A stretch of DNA of 64,000 nt from an uncultured Planctomycetota bacterium (GTDB lineage Bacteria > Planctomycetota > Planctomycetia > Gemmatales > Gemmataceae), in contig CAWKHF010000012.1 of the NCBI GenBank assembly GCA_963849325.1, positions 256,001-320,000 of the forward strand, in the 5' to 3' direction. The notes beneath the pieces are model-generated. The model made no database searches, was not told the DNA's origin, and saw only the letters and a program-made list of their open reading frames with translations. Both the position numbers and the translations under genes were made by a program. Shown here one piece after another: positions 21,218 to 32,449 of the stretch (position 1 is the first letter of the stretch; the number at the start of each line of letters is the position of its first letter).

Positions 21218-22135
21218 TTACGGTCCAGAATCCCCCGCGTCGCCCTCCTCCTGTATCGTCTGCGGGTCGCGGCGCTTGATCAAGGTGACTTCGTTGCCGG
21301 CGGCGTTATACCGCACTTCGTCCATGATCGTCCGCATCAGCATGACGCCGCGGCCGGCGTCGGGCAGACTGTCGGAGCCAGGTAGACGCGATACCTCGAA
21401 GCCGGAACCTTCATCGCGGATGACGAAGACAGCCTCGCTCCGCGAGATGCGGGCGACGACGTGAATGCGGCGGTTGCGGTACGGCTCCTCGCCCCGTCGC
21501 TGCCGCCCCAGCGCCTCGTAGGTGCGGCGATCGGCCGGACTCGTCGCCGAACGGACCTCCAGGTTGCCGTGATAACAGGCGTTGGTCAGCGCCTCCTCCA
21601 CGGCGACGCCGACGCGAAGACGCTCGGTCTCGTCGGCCAGCGGCAGACAACGCAGCATCTGTTGCAAGTGGTTGACCAGCGATTTGATAAGGGCCGGGTC
21701 GTTGTCGAGCGTGAAGACCAACTCGCTCGCCTCCAGGTAGTGCATCAGGCGCGAGTGGCCGCGATCTTCGCGTGAGCCGCGAAGGATGCGCTCGACGGTC
21801 GGCACCAGGTCGTCAGCCAGTTGGCGCTTGGGCACGTAACTGGCGGCCCCCTGCCGCAGCGCTTGGGCGGCGATGTCCTCGCTGCCCTGGGCGGTCATCA
21901 GCACGACCGGCACGAGCGGGAAGTCGTTCTTGACCGCCGCGACCAGTTCCAGACCGTTCATGTCCGGCATCTGCAAATCGGTGAGCACCAGATCGGGTAG
22001 CTGTCCGCTCAGCTGCCGCAGCGCCTCCTTGCCGTCGCCGGCGTACTGCACGGTGCAGTCGAAATGCTTTTCCAGCAGAGCGCCGGCCAGCCGCCGGTCG
22101 ATCGGCGAATCATCGACGACAAGTACGTTCAGCAC
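21218..22135 (-). CDS. Response regulator fused to RsbW-like HATPase (anti-sigma kinase) domain
   Basis: GAGGAG RBS before GTG; VLVVDDS...LVLTDLQMP...K; EEALTNACYHGN, IRDEGSGF, GRGVMLM. Confidence 0.88.
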   Translation of the reverse strand: MLNVLVVDDSPIDRRLAGALLEKHFDCTVQYAGDGKEALRQLSGQLPDLVLTDLQMPDMNGLELVAAVKNDFPLVPVVLMTAQGSEDIAAQALRQGAASYVPKRQLADDLVPTVERILRGSREDRGHSRLMHYLEASELVFTLDNDPALIKSLVNHLQQMLRCLPLADETERLRVGVAVEEALTNACYHGNLEVRSATSPADRRTYEALGRQRRGEEPYRNRRIHVVARISRSEAVFVIRDEGSGFEVSRLPGSDSLPDAGRGVMLMRTIMDEVRYNAAGNEVTLIKRRDPQTIQEEGDAGDSGP

Positions 22136-22913
22136 GGGAGTCTCCTCGATCAAACGGCGGCGTCAGTCGGTATCGTTCCGCTCCGATTCGGTGCGCAGGC
22201 CGGTTCGGTCCTCTAACCGATTGCTGCTCGGACGGCCCGTAGGCCGGGTCGGTGTAAATCAACTGGAAGCGGAGGTGGGCAACCGTCAGGATGCTGCCGG
22301 GCGGCAGGGGTTTCGCTTCCGCCCGGACGCCATCGACGCGGACGCCGTTGCGGCTACCCAGGTCGCGCACGGACCACTGGCCATGCGCCCATTCCAGCTG
22401 GCAGTGACGGCCGGAGATGGTGGCAAAAGGGAGGACAATGTCGCAATCGGGGTGGCGGCCGACGACGAGTTGCGTCCTGTACAGCGTGAGGGGATCACCG
22501 CCGCCGCAAGGCAGCAGCAGACCCAACGCCTCCCCTGTGGGGGGCTCGGCCGGCTCCAACGTCGTGGACCGCGCCGTCCTCCCTCCGAAGGTGGGGGCGG
22601 CGGTGCCGCGCATCGGCGTTCGACCTCCCGGCGGCGCGTAGACCACGTTGTAGCGATACCGCGCCAGCGCCAGCACGTCGTCGGGCATCAGACGGCGCGA
22701 GGCGCAGATGATGCCGTTGACGCGCGTACCGTTGCTGCTGCCCAGGTCGCGGGCAAACCAGTAACCGTCGAGCAATTCCATCTCGCAGTGACGCCCGGAG
22801 ATGGTGCGGAAGGGCAGCGTGATGTCGCAGTAGCTGTGCCGGCCGAGCAGCAGTTGCGGCTTGAGCAGGGGGATGGGCGCTCCTCCTCCGCACGGCAGCA
22901 GTTGACCAAGCAT
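22110..22913 (-). CDS. Tandem FHA-domain protein (3' end uncertain; may end near 22163)
   Basis: Two copies of GR...CDI.LPF.TISGRHC...DLGS.NG. Confidence 0.9.
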   Translation of the reverse strand: MLGQLLPCGGGAPIPLLKPQLLLGRHSYCDITLPFRTISGRHCEMELLDGYWFARDLGSSNGTRVNGIICASRRLMPDDVLALARYRYNVVYAPPGGRTPMRGTAAPTFGGRTARSTTLEPAEPPTGEALGLLLPCGGGDPLTLYRTQLVVGRHPDCDIVLPFATISGRHCQLEWAHGQWSVRDLGSRNGVRVDGVRAEAKPLPPGSILTVAHLRFQLIYTDPAYGPSEQQSVRGPNRPAHRIGAERYRLTPPFDRGDSRAERTCRR

Positions 22914-23000
22914 CGCGGTTCATCCTTCATCCCGAGAAATCTCTGTTTATTCTGCGCGGGACGATCGGCGGCGCCCAGAGAAATCCCGAGGGAAAAAAGA

Positions 23001-23074
23001 GAACCACGGATAACACGGATAACACGGATAAAGAAATTCTTTATTATCCGTGTTATCCGTGTTATCCGTGGTTC
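23001..23074. repeat. Inverted array of 9-mer (cacggataa x3 / ttatccgtg x3)
   Basis: Tandem nonamers forming a hairpin with an AT-rich loop. Confidence 0.9.
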
Positions 23075-23089
23075 ATTTGTTTTTTTCCC

Positions 23090-26000
23090 TCAGCGCTCGG
23101 GGCGATAGCGGATGTCGTTGACGATGCGGCGCGTCGGACCCTGGATGCGCTCCAGCGATTCGCTCACCATCGCCGGCGCCGGGCGATTCAGGCGTTCGAG
23201 CATGGCGCCCTGGTTGAAGTCGTCGTTCGCGTCGCGCCGTTTGTTCTGCGCCAGGCGCGACAGGCCCAGGTAGTAGAAATAACGTGCGTCCTGCGTATCG
23301 TTCTCGATGGCGAGCAGGAACGACTTTTCGGCGTTGAGGTAGTCGCGGTCAAAGTAGAAGTTCAGACCGCCGGCGAAATGGCGGACGGCCTCGGCCGGAT
23401 TGGGCGTCCGCAAGCTGTCGGGCCGCTTCAGACGCGGATGGTTGAGGACCAGGTACAGCAGGCCGTTGCCGTACTCGCGCGGCATGAACGGCCGCACGCC
23501 CTCGACATAGGTTTGCAACGCCATCGTCCAGCGGCCCTTGATGGCCAGCGCCTGCGCCGCACGTTGAAGGGTACTTTGTCGGCCGGGGAGTTGAGGACGG
23601 CGTCGGCCAACTTCTCCGCCTCGTCCCAGCTGGCCTGCTCGTCCGGCAGGCCCGGCGCTTGCAGTCCCAGCACCATCATCAGGGCCAACAGCTTCTTCTC
23701 CTCCCGAGTGCGGGCCGGGTCGCGTCCGCCGACCTTGTCGCCGCCGGCATTCGGTATCGGCGCCGGCAGTCCCGCCGGACGCGCTTCGCCGGCCTGCGAC
23801 AGCACACGCGCCAGGGCGATGCGATAGCGGCTGCCGTCGGCGTCGAGCGCGGGATGGGCAGTCATCGCCTTGCGATAGCTGGTGATGGCCACGTTCCATT
23901 GGCCCAACTCCTCGGCGATACGGCCGGCGGCGTAATGCCCCTCGGCGAGTCCGGCCTTGACCGCCTCGGCGGCGTCCTTGCTCGCGGCGGTCAGTAGCGG
24001 GTCCGTTCGCTTCAGCGGACCTTGCCCCATGGAGCGAGCGGCGTCCAGCTCGATCAGGCTCGCGCTGGGCGTACAGCTTGGCGTGCTCCTTCTCCGGCAG
24101 CGACTTTATGGCCCGCTGGAGTACCGCCATCGCGGCATCCATTTGACCGCGATCGTAGAGGCTCGCGGCCTGGCCGGCGAAGTAGGCGGCCGGGTCCGAC
24201 ACCTCCTTCAAGGCGGCGTCGGCGGCCAGCAGCCATTCGCCCTTGTCCACCGCCGTGCGACCTGCCTCCAGGGCGGACTTGGCCTCGGCGAACTTCTCGC
24301 TGTTCCGCAGCGCCAGGCCGAGGATGACCTGCGCCTGTCCCTTCTGCGCCGGCGTCGCCGCCTGGTCGGTCTTGACGCGATCGACGTCCACCGTCGCCTT
24401 GCTGGCCAGCTCCGCTCGTCCACGGTCCTTCTCCAGGAGCAGCAGCCATAGAGGCAGCATCTCCTCCGGCCGCCAGCGCTGTTTCAGGGTCGCCGTCGAG
24501 CTGAGCAATGTCGTCGCGCTGCTTGCGAATCATCCCTTGCGGATCCTTGATCCGGGCCGATCTCGATCACCTTGCGGATCGCCTCGCCGAGGTCCGGCTT
24601 ACCCTCGGGGTCGAGGAGCTTGGCCGCGGCCAGTTCATCGCTGATCTTCTTCAGGGAGCCCTGGAGTTCCTTGTTGGCGGCCGTCAACTTCTGCTCCAGC
24701 TCGGCGGCGGTCTTGAGCTTGGCGTCGCGGTCCTTGATGGTGTCCTCCGCCGTCTTCAGTTTGGTGGTCAGGTCGGTGGCCTCCTTGGTGGACTTGTCGA
24801 GTTTCGTCGTCAGGTCTTCGACCTTCGCCTCGGCGTCCTTCTTGTCGGCGAGAAGGCGATCGACGCCCTTGGGAAGATCCTCGGCGCGAGTGATGACCTT
24901 CTCCATGATGAGTTTGTCGGACACGGCCTTGACGGTCTCGCCACTGGTCTGGGCCTTCTTGAGCAAGTCTTGCAGCGCGTCTGGGGCCGTGTTCTTGTCC
25001 GTCAGGTAGCCGCCCTCGCGCAGATGGCCCTCCAGCAGCCAGTATTGCTTCAGTTCGTCACAGCAGCGGAGGAAGATTTCTTCCGTCGGATCGCTGAGCG
25101 GGTTCTGGGCCTTGCGCAGTCGGGTGAAACGCCGTTTATCGTGGACCGCGCGCGCTTTGTCGAGGGCCTGGGTTGCTTCGAGGTACTTGCCGCTACGGGC
25201 CAGCCGGGCTGCCTGCCAGAAGTCGAAGCCAGCCTCGTCCTCGCCTCCGGCCGGCGGTTGGGGTTGCGGCTGCGGTTGCTGGAGACCAATGAGCAAGAGG
25301 GCCAACAAAGCGGCGCGATCCTCGACGCGCTCGGGCAACAGCCAGGCCGCACCGGGGGCCGCGCCGGACGATTTCAAATCAACACGGTCGATGGCGGACT
25401 CGAAGCGCCGCTTCTGCAGCGGCACATTCTGGGCGGTGGCGGTGTCGGCGCCCTTGGTGTACTCGGCGCGGGCCTCGGCGTATTTGTTGGCCAACTCCTG
25501 AATCAGCCCCAGGTCGTAAATGGCATCAAGGTTCTTGGCCTCGGCCGCTTTCTGCAAGTCGGCGATGGCCTGTTGCAACGGCGGGTCTTGCAGGTTGACC
25601 TTCGCCCCCGTCTTCTGGAGGTAGGCACCCAGACGATAACTGCCGCGTTCGGCCAGCTGCTCGGGCTTGTCTTCCTGAATCTGCTCGATGCCCGCCTTGG
25701 CGGCCTCGTCCCAGTCACCATTGCGAAGGTAAGCGACCCGAGATGGAGACGTCGGCGCGGGAGCCTGGATCGGAGCCGCCACCTGCTGCTTCTTCTCTCC
25801 ACCGGCGCCGATCATCGCCGGCACGTCGAGACCGCCGAAGCGGGCGCCGATCAGTCCGCCGGCGCCAACGAGGACGCCGAGGAACGTCCCGCCGATCAAA
25901 GCGGGAATACGCGAGCGCGGCTTGGCGGGCCGGGCCGGTTTTTCTTCTGCCTCCGCTTCCGCCTCGGCCTCGGCCTCCGCCTTCTCTTCGGCTTCGGCTT

Positions 26001-27418
26001 CGGCCTCGGCCACGGCGGCCTCGGCCTCTCCGGCGGCGGCCTCTTCCTCGGCCATCGCGGCCAAGTCGGCATCGCCGGCCGGCGTCTCGTCCAGTCCGGC
26101 GAGCAGCTCGTCTACCTCTGCCTCCGAAACGGCCGGTTCTTCTCCGGCGGCGGTGACTTCCTCGCCTTTGTCCTTGGTGGCCGCGCCTCCCTCAAAGGCG
26201 ACCGTCTCCTCTCCGGCGAAAGCCGGCGATTCATCCGCGGGGACCGCCGCCTCCTCAGCGACGACCGCTTCTTCTTCGGCGAGGGTCCCCTCGTCGGGCG
26301 ATTCCGCCTGGAGTGCTTCGAGCCGGAGATCGCTGTCGGCGGCGGAAGGACTCGCCAATTCAGCGATGTCGCTCAGATCGGCGGCCGAATCCGCGGCGAC
26401 GACCTCCTCGATCCCCTCGCCTTCGGACGGGACCGGCTGGGCGATTTCCGCGTGGGAGCCGAGATCGACGGCCGAGTCCGACGCCGCCGGAGACGCCGGA
26501 AGGGGATGGCTCCGCCACTCCGCCCCAATCGATGCCGCTGTCGTCCGCCGCCTCGACAACTTCGTCGGCCTCGTCCGCGACTTCCGCCGTGCTCCGCTCG
26601 AGCGGCACCGCATCGAGGGCAGCCTCCGCCGTCAACTCCGCCTCCGGTGCGTGCGGGTCGGCGGTGGCCTCGACGACCTCGGCGACCGCATCGCGCTCGG
26701 GAGGTGTCTCCGCGAGGGGAGGGGCCAGAGCGGCATCGCTCGGCGACGCCAGGTCGATCACGTCCTCGTCGGCGAGGTTGACGGCCGACTCCTCGATCAG
26801 ATCGACGTGGCTGGCGTCGCTGGCCAACTCGGCCACGAACACGTCCGATTCGGCCGGCGGCGCCGCCGCCACGACCGCGCCGGAGTCTTCCTCAACCAGC
26901 TCGACCGGAGAGGCGCCGAGGTCCACGGCGGAATCGGAGACCGGCCCCGCCGGCTCCGGTGCCGCTTCCGTCAGATCGACCACCTCGGCGTCCTCGGCAG
27001 GGGGAGCGGGCGGCTCCTCAGCGATCAACTCACCGACAATCTCCTCCTCTGAGATGTCCGGCTCGACAGCTCCTGTGCCGTGGGCCAGCAAATCGGCGTC
27101 GGACGGCGAATCGACCTTGAGCTGATTGGCAGACGGCTCGCTAACGAGAGCGGCCCACTCGACGTCCGAAGCGCCGCTGGGGGGCACCTCCGCCGCGTCG
27201 CCGGCGCCGGAGACCGCCGGCGTCTGGCCGAGATCGATCACCGCATCGGAAGGCGTCGTCTCCGCAGGCAGTTCCGCCGGGCCGACGTTGGTCAGCTGCG
27301 TCTTGCGATCTTCCGCCGACCCACTTGCCAACTGAGTCTTTTTCGCGGCCGCACAGTGGGGGCACGCCGAAAGATCGTCCGCGTAGTCACGTTTGCATAC
27401 GTCGCAGTGTTTCGCCAT
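23090..27418 (-). CDS. Very large protein: N-terminal zinc ribbon, acidic disordered region, TM helix, coiled coil, TPR repeats (several frameshifts)
   Basis: MAKHCDVCK...ACPHC; TM segment IPALIGGTFLGVLVGAGGLIG; TPR-like helices; overlapping ORFs 26360..27418, 24484..26613, 23428..24030 and 23090..24508. Confidence 0.75.
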
Positions 27419-27680
27419 GCCTTTGCACTCCGCTATCGAGGTGGGCTCCGAGGAGGAGCCGTCAGGGTGCGGGAAATATCGCCAGTCCCAGGGCGTCGAA
27501 ATGCGCAGGGCCGTACAGCCCGGATCGTCGTTATGTTCCCTCTATTTTCCCGAGCTTGCCACGGGAGGGCAACTCCATTCCGCCGTTTCCGCCGATTCTC
27601 CGCCGTCAAGGCCGGTACGAACGCTCCAACCCCTGCAATCGACACAACCGCCGCGACCAGGTAATCGAGATCCTACCTAT

Positions 27681-27738
27681 CCGAGCCGCGACCGTCAGGG
27701 AGCAGAGAAAGCACCGCTCCCTGACGGTCGCGGCTCGG
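27681..27738. repeat. REP-like palindrome (ccgagccgcgaccgtcagggagc)
   Basis: Perfect hairpin arms in a divergent intergenic region. Confidence 0.85.
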
Positions 27739-27825
27739 TATCTTTCGCCATGCGTGACTCCGTAGAATGTCCCCTGCGAGGCCGGAGGCGAAAATTCATG
27801 GCCCACTTGAAAAGGGGAGGCTCGG

Positions 27826-28683
27826 ATGGCATTCATCGACGTACACGTCCACGTTTGGACGGATGACATCGCCCATTATCCGTTGGCGCCGGCTTTCAAG
27901 GCGGAAGACATGAAACCTCGTCGCTTCACGCCGGACGATCTGTTCCAGCATACCAAACCGGCTGGTGTGGATCGCATCAACCTGATCCAGATGAGTTATT
28001 ACGGCTTCGACAATCGCTATATGATGGACATGATGGCCCTGCACAAGGACGTTTTCTCCGGCACGGCGGTCATCGATCCCGCGGCCGAACACCCCGATCA
28101 TCTCATGGGCGAGATGGCGAAAAAGGGCGTGCGTGCTTTCCGCATCTACCCCGGCCTGGAACGCGGCATCAAGCCCAACGAGGGCAAGGGTGAGGGCTGG
28201 TTGCGTCCGGCCGGCTACGAGAAGATGTTCGTCGCTGCCGCCAAGAACAACCAGGCCATCAGCTGCCTCATCAATCCCAATGCCTTGCCGGATCTGGATC
28301 GCCTGTGTCGCAAATACCCCGGCACGCCGGTCGTTATCGACCACCTTTGCCGCATCGGCGCCGACGGCACCATTCGAGAGAAAGAGGTCAACGCCCTGTG
28401 CGACATGGCCAAGCACAAGAACGTCATGGTGAAAATCGGTGCGTTCTACGCCCTGGGCGCGAAGAAGGCTCCGTACACCGACCTGGCGCCACTCCTCCGC
28501 AGGGTGGTCCAGGCGTTCGGCGTCGAGCGCTGCATGTGGGAGAGCGATTGTCCGTTCCAGGTCGTCGAGCAGAAGTACCAGGACAGCATCGACCTGGTGC
28601 GCCGCCGGCTGGATTTCCTCAGCGCCGAGGACAAGGACTGGTTGCTGCGGCGCACGGCGGAGAAATTCTTCTTCCCCAAATAA
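27826..28683 (+). CDS. Amidohydrolase_2 family TIM-barrel protein
   Basis: IDVHVHVW, VIDHL, RCMWESDCP; GGAGG RBS. Confidence 0.88.
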   Translation: MAFIDVHVHVWTDDIAHYPLAPAFKAEDMKPRRFTPDDLFQHTKPAGVDRINLIQMSYYGFDNRYMMDMMALHKDVFSGTAVIDPAAEHPDHLMGEMAKKGVRAFRIYPGLERGIKPNEGKGEGWLRPAGYEKMFVAAAKNNQAISCLINPNALPDLDRLCRKYPGTPVVIDHLCRIGADGTIREKEVNALCDMAKHKNVMVKIGAFYALGAKKAPYTDLAPLLRRVVQAFGVERCMWESDCPFQVVEQKYQDSIDLVRRRLDFLSAEDKDWLLRRTAEKFFFPK

Positions 28684-28704
28684 AGTCCCGCTCGGCTGAC
28701 CACC

Positions 28705-29706
28705 CTATTCGGATCGGCCGGCCAGGATCTCGACCTTGTCGAGACTCTGCCGAGCGCCCAGGGCGATGAGCGTATCGCCGGCTTCCATGACGGCATCGCC
28801 GGGCGGGTTGGCGACGAGATGGCCGTTCGCCTTCTGGATGGCGACGACGATGACGCCCAGGTCCTGGCGCAGTCCGCTGGCGTGCAGCGTAACTCCGGCC
28901 AACTTACCACCGGCGTGGATGCGCGTCTCCTCGATCTGCAAATCGAGGTGTTCGGTGCGCGTGGCCAGCTCGATGAAGTCCACCACGGCGGGGCGCAGCA
29001 CGGCCATGGCCACCTTGGCGCCGCCGATGGCGTAGGGAGTGACGACGCGGTTGGCGCCGGCGCGGCGCAGCTTCTCCTCGGCCAGCTCGCCCTCGGCGCG
29101 GGCCACGATGAACAGCTTGTCGTTGAGCAGGCGGGCGCTGAGGGTGATGAACAGGTTGTCGGCGTCGGAGGCGGCGACCGTGACCAGGGCGCGGGCGCGT
29201 TCGACCCCGGCGCGGCGGAGCACGTCGTCGGAGGTGGCGTCGCCCTGCAGGGCGATGCCATGCGGCACGTCGAAATCCTGCAGCAACTCCTGCCGGCGAT
29301 CGATGATGACGAAGGGGAGATGCTGATTGGAGAACTCGCGGCAGACGTGCCGGCCCATGCGGCCATAGCCACAAATAATCATGTGATTCTTCAACTCCGA
29401 CAGACTGCGTTCCATGCGCTGCCTCCCCAGCAGTTGCCGTACCTCGCCGCTGACCACCAGCCGAATCAGTTCCGTGACCGCGTAAAAGAAGTTCAGGACG
29501 CCGACCAGCAGCAGGACAATGGTGAAGAGCCGTCCGCCGCGCGACAGGGGATGGACCTCGCCATAGCCAACCGTCGTCAGGGTGGTCACCGTCATGTACA
29601 GGGCGTCGAAAAGCGAATACTCATCCTCGATCAGGTAATAGCCCGTCGTCCCCGCCACGATGAGGACGATGGGGATGAGCACGAGCAGAAGGTAGCGACG
29701 CGGCAC
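28705..29706 (-). CDS. Potassium channel with RCK (TrkA_N/TrkA_C) domains
   Basis: TLTTVGYGE selectivity filter; ICGYGRMG; GDAT; overlapping ORF 28705..30153 trimmed to GTG 29706. Confidence 0.92.
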   Translation of the reverse strand: MPRRYLLLVLIPIVLIVAGTTGYYLIEDEYSLFDALYMTVTTLTTVGYGEVHPLSRGGRLFTIVLLLVGVLNFFYAVTELIRLVVSGEVRQLLGRQRMERSLSELKNHMIICGYGRMGRHVCREFSNQHLPFVIIDRRQELLQDFDVPHGIALQGDATSDDVLRRAGVERARALVTVAASDADNLFITLSARLLNDKLFIVARAEGELAEEKLRRAGANRVVTPYAIGGAKVAMAVLRPAVVDFIELATRTEHLDLQIEETRIHAGGKLAGVTLHASGLRQDLGVIVVAIQKANGHLVANPPGDAVMEAGDTLIALGARQSLDKVEILAGRSE

Positions 29707-29722
29707 GACGTTTCTCCCTGGA

Positions 29723-31219
29723 TCACTGCGGCCTCGACGGCTCTGAGCAGCGCCGCAGCAACTCCTGGCGCGCGGACTGGAAGACTTCGGTGAGGTGGCC
29801 GCGCTGATGCTCACTGGCACAGCGGGCCTCCTGCGCGACCCAGGCGAGCATCGCATCGAGGACGGCAAGCAGGGGGGCAATGGTGCCGGCATTCGGACGC
29901 ACGGGCCGCCCCTCGACCTGCAAATACACCGGCGAGGTGTGGGCGTGGATGGAGGAACGGCTGTCGTTTCCCAGGCACCGCGCCGCCAGCCAACCGCTCG
30001 CCGTGGCCGGCACTTCCGCCTCGATGAGCGCCGTGCGTCGATCACCGTCGGCCTGCCGGGCGGCAATGACCTCGCCATCGTGCAGCAGCTCCAGCCGATC
30101 GAACGCCGCCGCGCTACGGGCTTCAGCGCGCATGCGCACCGTCGCTCCCTCATCCGTCAGGGACAGCACCGAACCGGGGTCGTGCCCGTCTACGGTCAGC
30201 CACAGCAGCGGACCAGCGGTCACGAAGGTACGCCCCGCTCGAACCGCCTCGATCCAGGCGCCATAACTCCATTCCTGCCCCGCCTCCAGACGAGCATAGG
30301 TGCGAACGGCGCCCAGCGCCATCGTGTTGCGGTCCTTGCCGCTGGAGCCGACCAGAGGCAGACGCTGCCCACTGGCGAGCAGACGATACCAGTCCGCCAG
30401 CGGCGGCAACTGCGAATCTTCCAGGCGGCAAACCTCGAAGGCATCGACCTTGCCCAGGAGCAACGCCACCAGCGTTTCGCCCTGCGGATGCTCCGGCGTC
30501 AAACGTGGCTCATCCGGCCAGACGACGAGTCCCTTCTTGCGATGGCACTGATCGCACCAGTCACAGACCGACCAATCATCCAGGCCGTCGGGCGCTCCGA
30601 AACGCAGAGGATGGACAATGCGGTGACAGTTGAGCAGCGCCACCGTGCCGAGGATGGGGTGCGTGTTGCAGGTGTTGACGACGACACAGGGCGCTCCCTC
30701 CAGGGCCGGCTTCGTGCCGCTGAAGGCGAGCAGGTTGACCAGCGCCGCCGGCCGTTCGCCGTGCGGCGGTCGCTCGCGCGCCAGCAGATTGACCACATCC
30801 AGCCCTTCGGCCGCTCCCTCCAACTGGGCGGCGTGAGGCGACATTTCATGCGCCCGGCCGTCGCCCGCGTACCAGTCCTGCGCGCGCGGATCGATCCAGC
30901 GCTCGACGGCCAGGCGCAGCGAGATTTTCCCCGGCCCGAGGACGACCTCGCGTTGCAGAGGCACGTATTCCGGTCCCTTGTGGATCTCGACGCGAACCGG
31001 GCCAGGCGGCAGGTGGACCTCGCAGGTGCCGTCGATGTAGGCGAAGGAATCGTCGCCGAGCCGGACCTGGCCGCCAACGTCCTCGCCGGGTCCGGTAGCG
31101 AACGCGGCGAGTCGCCCGAATGGCATGTGACAGACGCCGCTGGAATCGACGAGGCGAATGCGTACCGGCGTGGGCCGGCCGGTGGCGGCATCGTTGACGC
31201 GGACATGAACGGTGAGCAT
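29723..31219 (-). CDS. CehA/McbA family (PHP-like) metallohydrolase
   Basis: KGPEY, WYAGD..AH, WYRLLASG.RLPLVGSSGK, GAVRTYA, VRAGRTFVT.GP, AHTSPVY. Confidence 0.8.
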   Translation of the reverse strand: MLTVHVRVNDAATGRPTPVRIRLVDSSGVCHMPFGRLAAFATGPGEDVGGQVRLGDDSFAYIDGTCEVHLPPGPVRVEIHKGPEYVPLQREVVLGPGKISLRLAVERWIDPRAQDWYAGDGRAHEMSPHAAQLEGAAEGLDVVNLLARERPPHGERPAALVNLLAFSGTKPALEGAPCVVVNTCNTHPILGTVALLNCHRIVHPLRFGAPDGLDDWSVCDWCDQCHRKKGLVVWPDEPRLTPEHPQGETLVALLLGKVDAFEVCRLEDSQLPPLADWYRLLASGQRLPLVGSSGKDRNTMALGAVRTYARLEAGQEWSYGAWIEAVRAGRTFVTAGPLLWLTVDGHDPGSVLSLTDEGATVRMRAEARSAAAFDRLELLHDGEVIAARQADGDRRTALIEAEVPATASGWLAARCLGNDSRSSIHAHTSPVYLQVEGRPVRPNAGTIAPLLAVLDAMLAWVAQEARCASEHQRGHLTEVFQSARQELLRRCSEPSRPQ

Positions 31220-31358
31220 GAACGATCCTCGACTAACCCGCCAGCCCGCTGCGCCATCGTTTTTCTCTTGACATCACCTCTCCAAGAGGCGGTAATGCCA
31301 GAATACCTCATGGCGAGTCGTCTTTTCGGCCGGAGTTCTTACGCTTGGAGAAAGCGCA

Positions 31359-32303
31359 ATGATTCTGCACAAACGTTCCAATTCAGGTGGATGGGATCGC
31401 GCGTTCACGTTGATCGAGCTGCTGGTGGTCATCGCCATCATTGCCATCCTCATCGGCTTGCTGTTGCCCGCCGTGCAAAAGGTCCGCGAGGCCGCCGCAC
31501 GCTCGCAGTGTACCAACAACTTCAAGCAGTGGGGCCTGGGCATGCACATGTACAACGACACGATGGGAACTCTTCCCCCGGGCGCGACCGCCAGCCCACG
31601 ACATACCTGGATCGTGCATCTGTGGCCTTACGTCGAGCAGGGCAATCTGGCGAACCTGTACGGCAATGTGAATACCCAGCCGTTCTACCTGCCCAACGCG
31701 ATCGTCCAGAACACGCTCAACGGCGCTTGCACCCAGCAGGTGAAATTGTACTACTGCCCCTCCGACCGCCCCGGTGCGTATTGGAAAGGCGACTCGTACT
31801 GGCGCTGCCGCAGCAACTACGCGGTCAACTGGGGGCCCGTGCCCATCCCCTATGCGGGAACGCCGCTTATGGGGCCTTTCGGCTACCAGGGCAACAATAC
31901 CAGCACTCCCCTGATCACCGCCATCCAGGTGATCGCTGACGGCACCTCGAACACGCTGCTCATGTCCGAGGTCATCCTCCCTCCCAATGATGGAGACCGC
32001 GATACCAACGGCGATGCCTTCAACGACGACAGTAGCACCTTGGGCGGACGGTTCATGACCATCAACGCGCCCAACAGCGGCACCGACAACATGGGCTATT
32101 GCGTCAACGACAACGTCCGCGCCCCTTGCTCCACTGCTTCGCCGTACCAGGTGGCGGCGCGCAGCCGGCACGTCAGCGGCGTCAACGCCCTCTTCTGCGA
32201 CGGCTCGGTACACTTCATCACCAACAGCATCATCCCCGCTACCTGGCAAGCTCTCGGGACCACCAGCGGCGGCGAACCGATAAACGCTTCTCAGTTCAAT
32301 TGA
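31359..32303 (+). CDS. DUF1559 prepilin-type protein with H-X9-DG motif
   Basis: [56 protein letters not shown]. Confidence 0.95.
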   Translation: MILHKRSNSGGWDRAFTLIELLVVIAIIAILIGLLLPAVQKVREAAARSQCTNNFKQWGLGMHMYNDTMGTLPPGATASPRHTWIVHLWPYVEQGNLANLYGNVNTQPFYLPNAIVQNTLNGACTQQVKLYYCPSDRPGAYWKGDSYWRCRSNYAVNWGPVPIPYAGTPLMGPFGYQGNNTSTPLITAIQVIADGTSNTLLMSEVILPPNDGDRDTNGDAFNDDSSTLGGRFMTINAPNSGTDNMGYCVNDNVRAPCSTASPYQVAARSRHVSGVNALFCDGSVHFITNSIIPATWQALGTTSGGEPINASQFN

Positions 32304-32376
32304 CCCGCGTTCTTCTGCCCGCTGGCGGCATCGTTGACGCGGATAGGGACCACGACCCTGCGTTTCCTCAGCGGGG

Positions 32377-32439
32377 CATCCGAGCCTGAAGCGTACGCGA
32401 AGGGTAGGATCTCCTTCGCGTACGCTTCAGGCTCGGATG
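32377..32439. repeat. REP-like palindrome, family E (atccgagcctgaagcgtacgcgaag)
   Basis: Hairpin; related copy at 60078-60139. Confidence 0.88.
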
Positions 32440-32449
32440 TCGTTCCGTA

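Noticed and set aside
21218-22913. FHA-response regulator fusion
   Set aside because: The regulator has its own GAGGAG RBS and GTG at 22135; the overlap more likely reflects an uncertain FHA 3' end
18159-23074. 7-mer and 9-mer tandem arrays as CRISPR
   Set aside because: No unique spacers, units far too short, no cas genes
24508-26781. Long antisense ORFs (e.g. 24508..26781 +, 29795..31939 +, 61514..63376 +)
   Set aside because: Shadow frames of GC-rich genes on the opposite strand with no recognisable motifs
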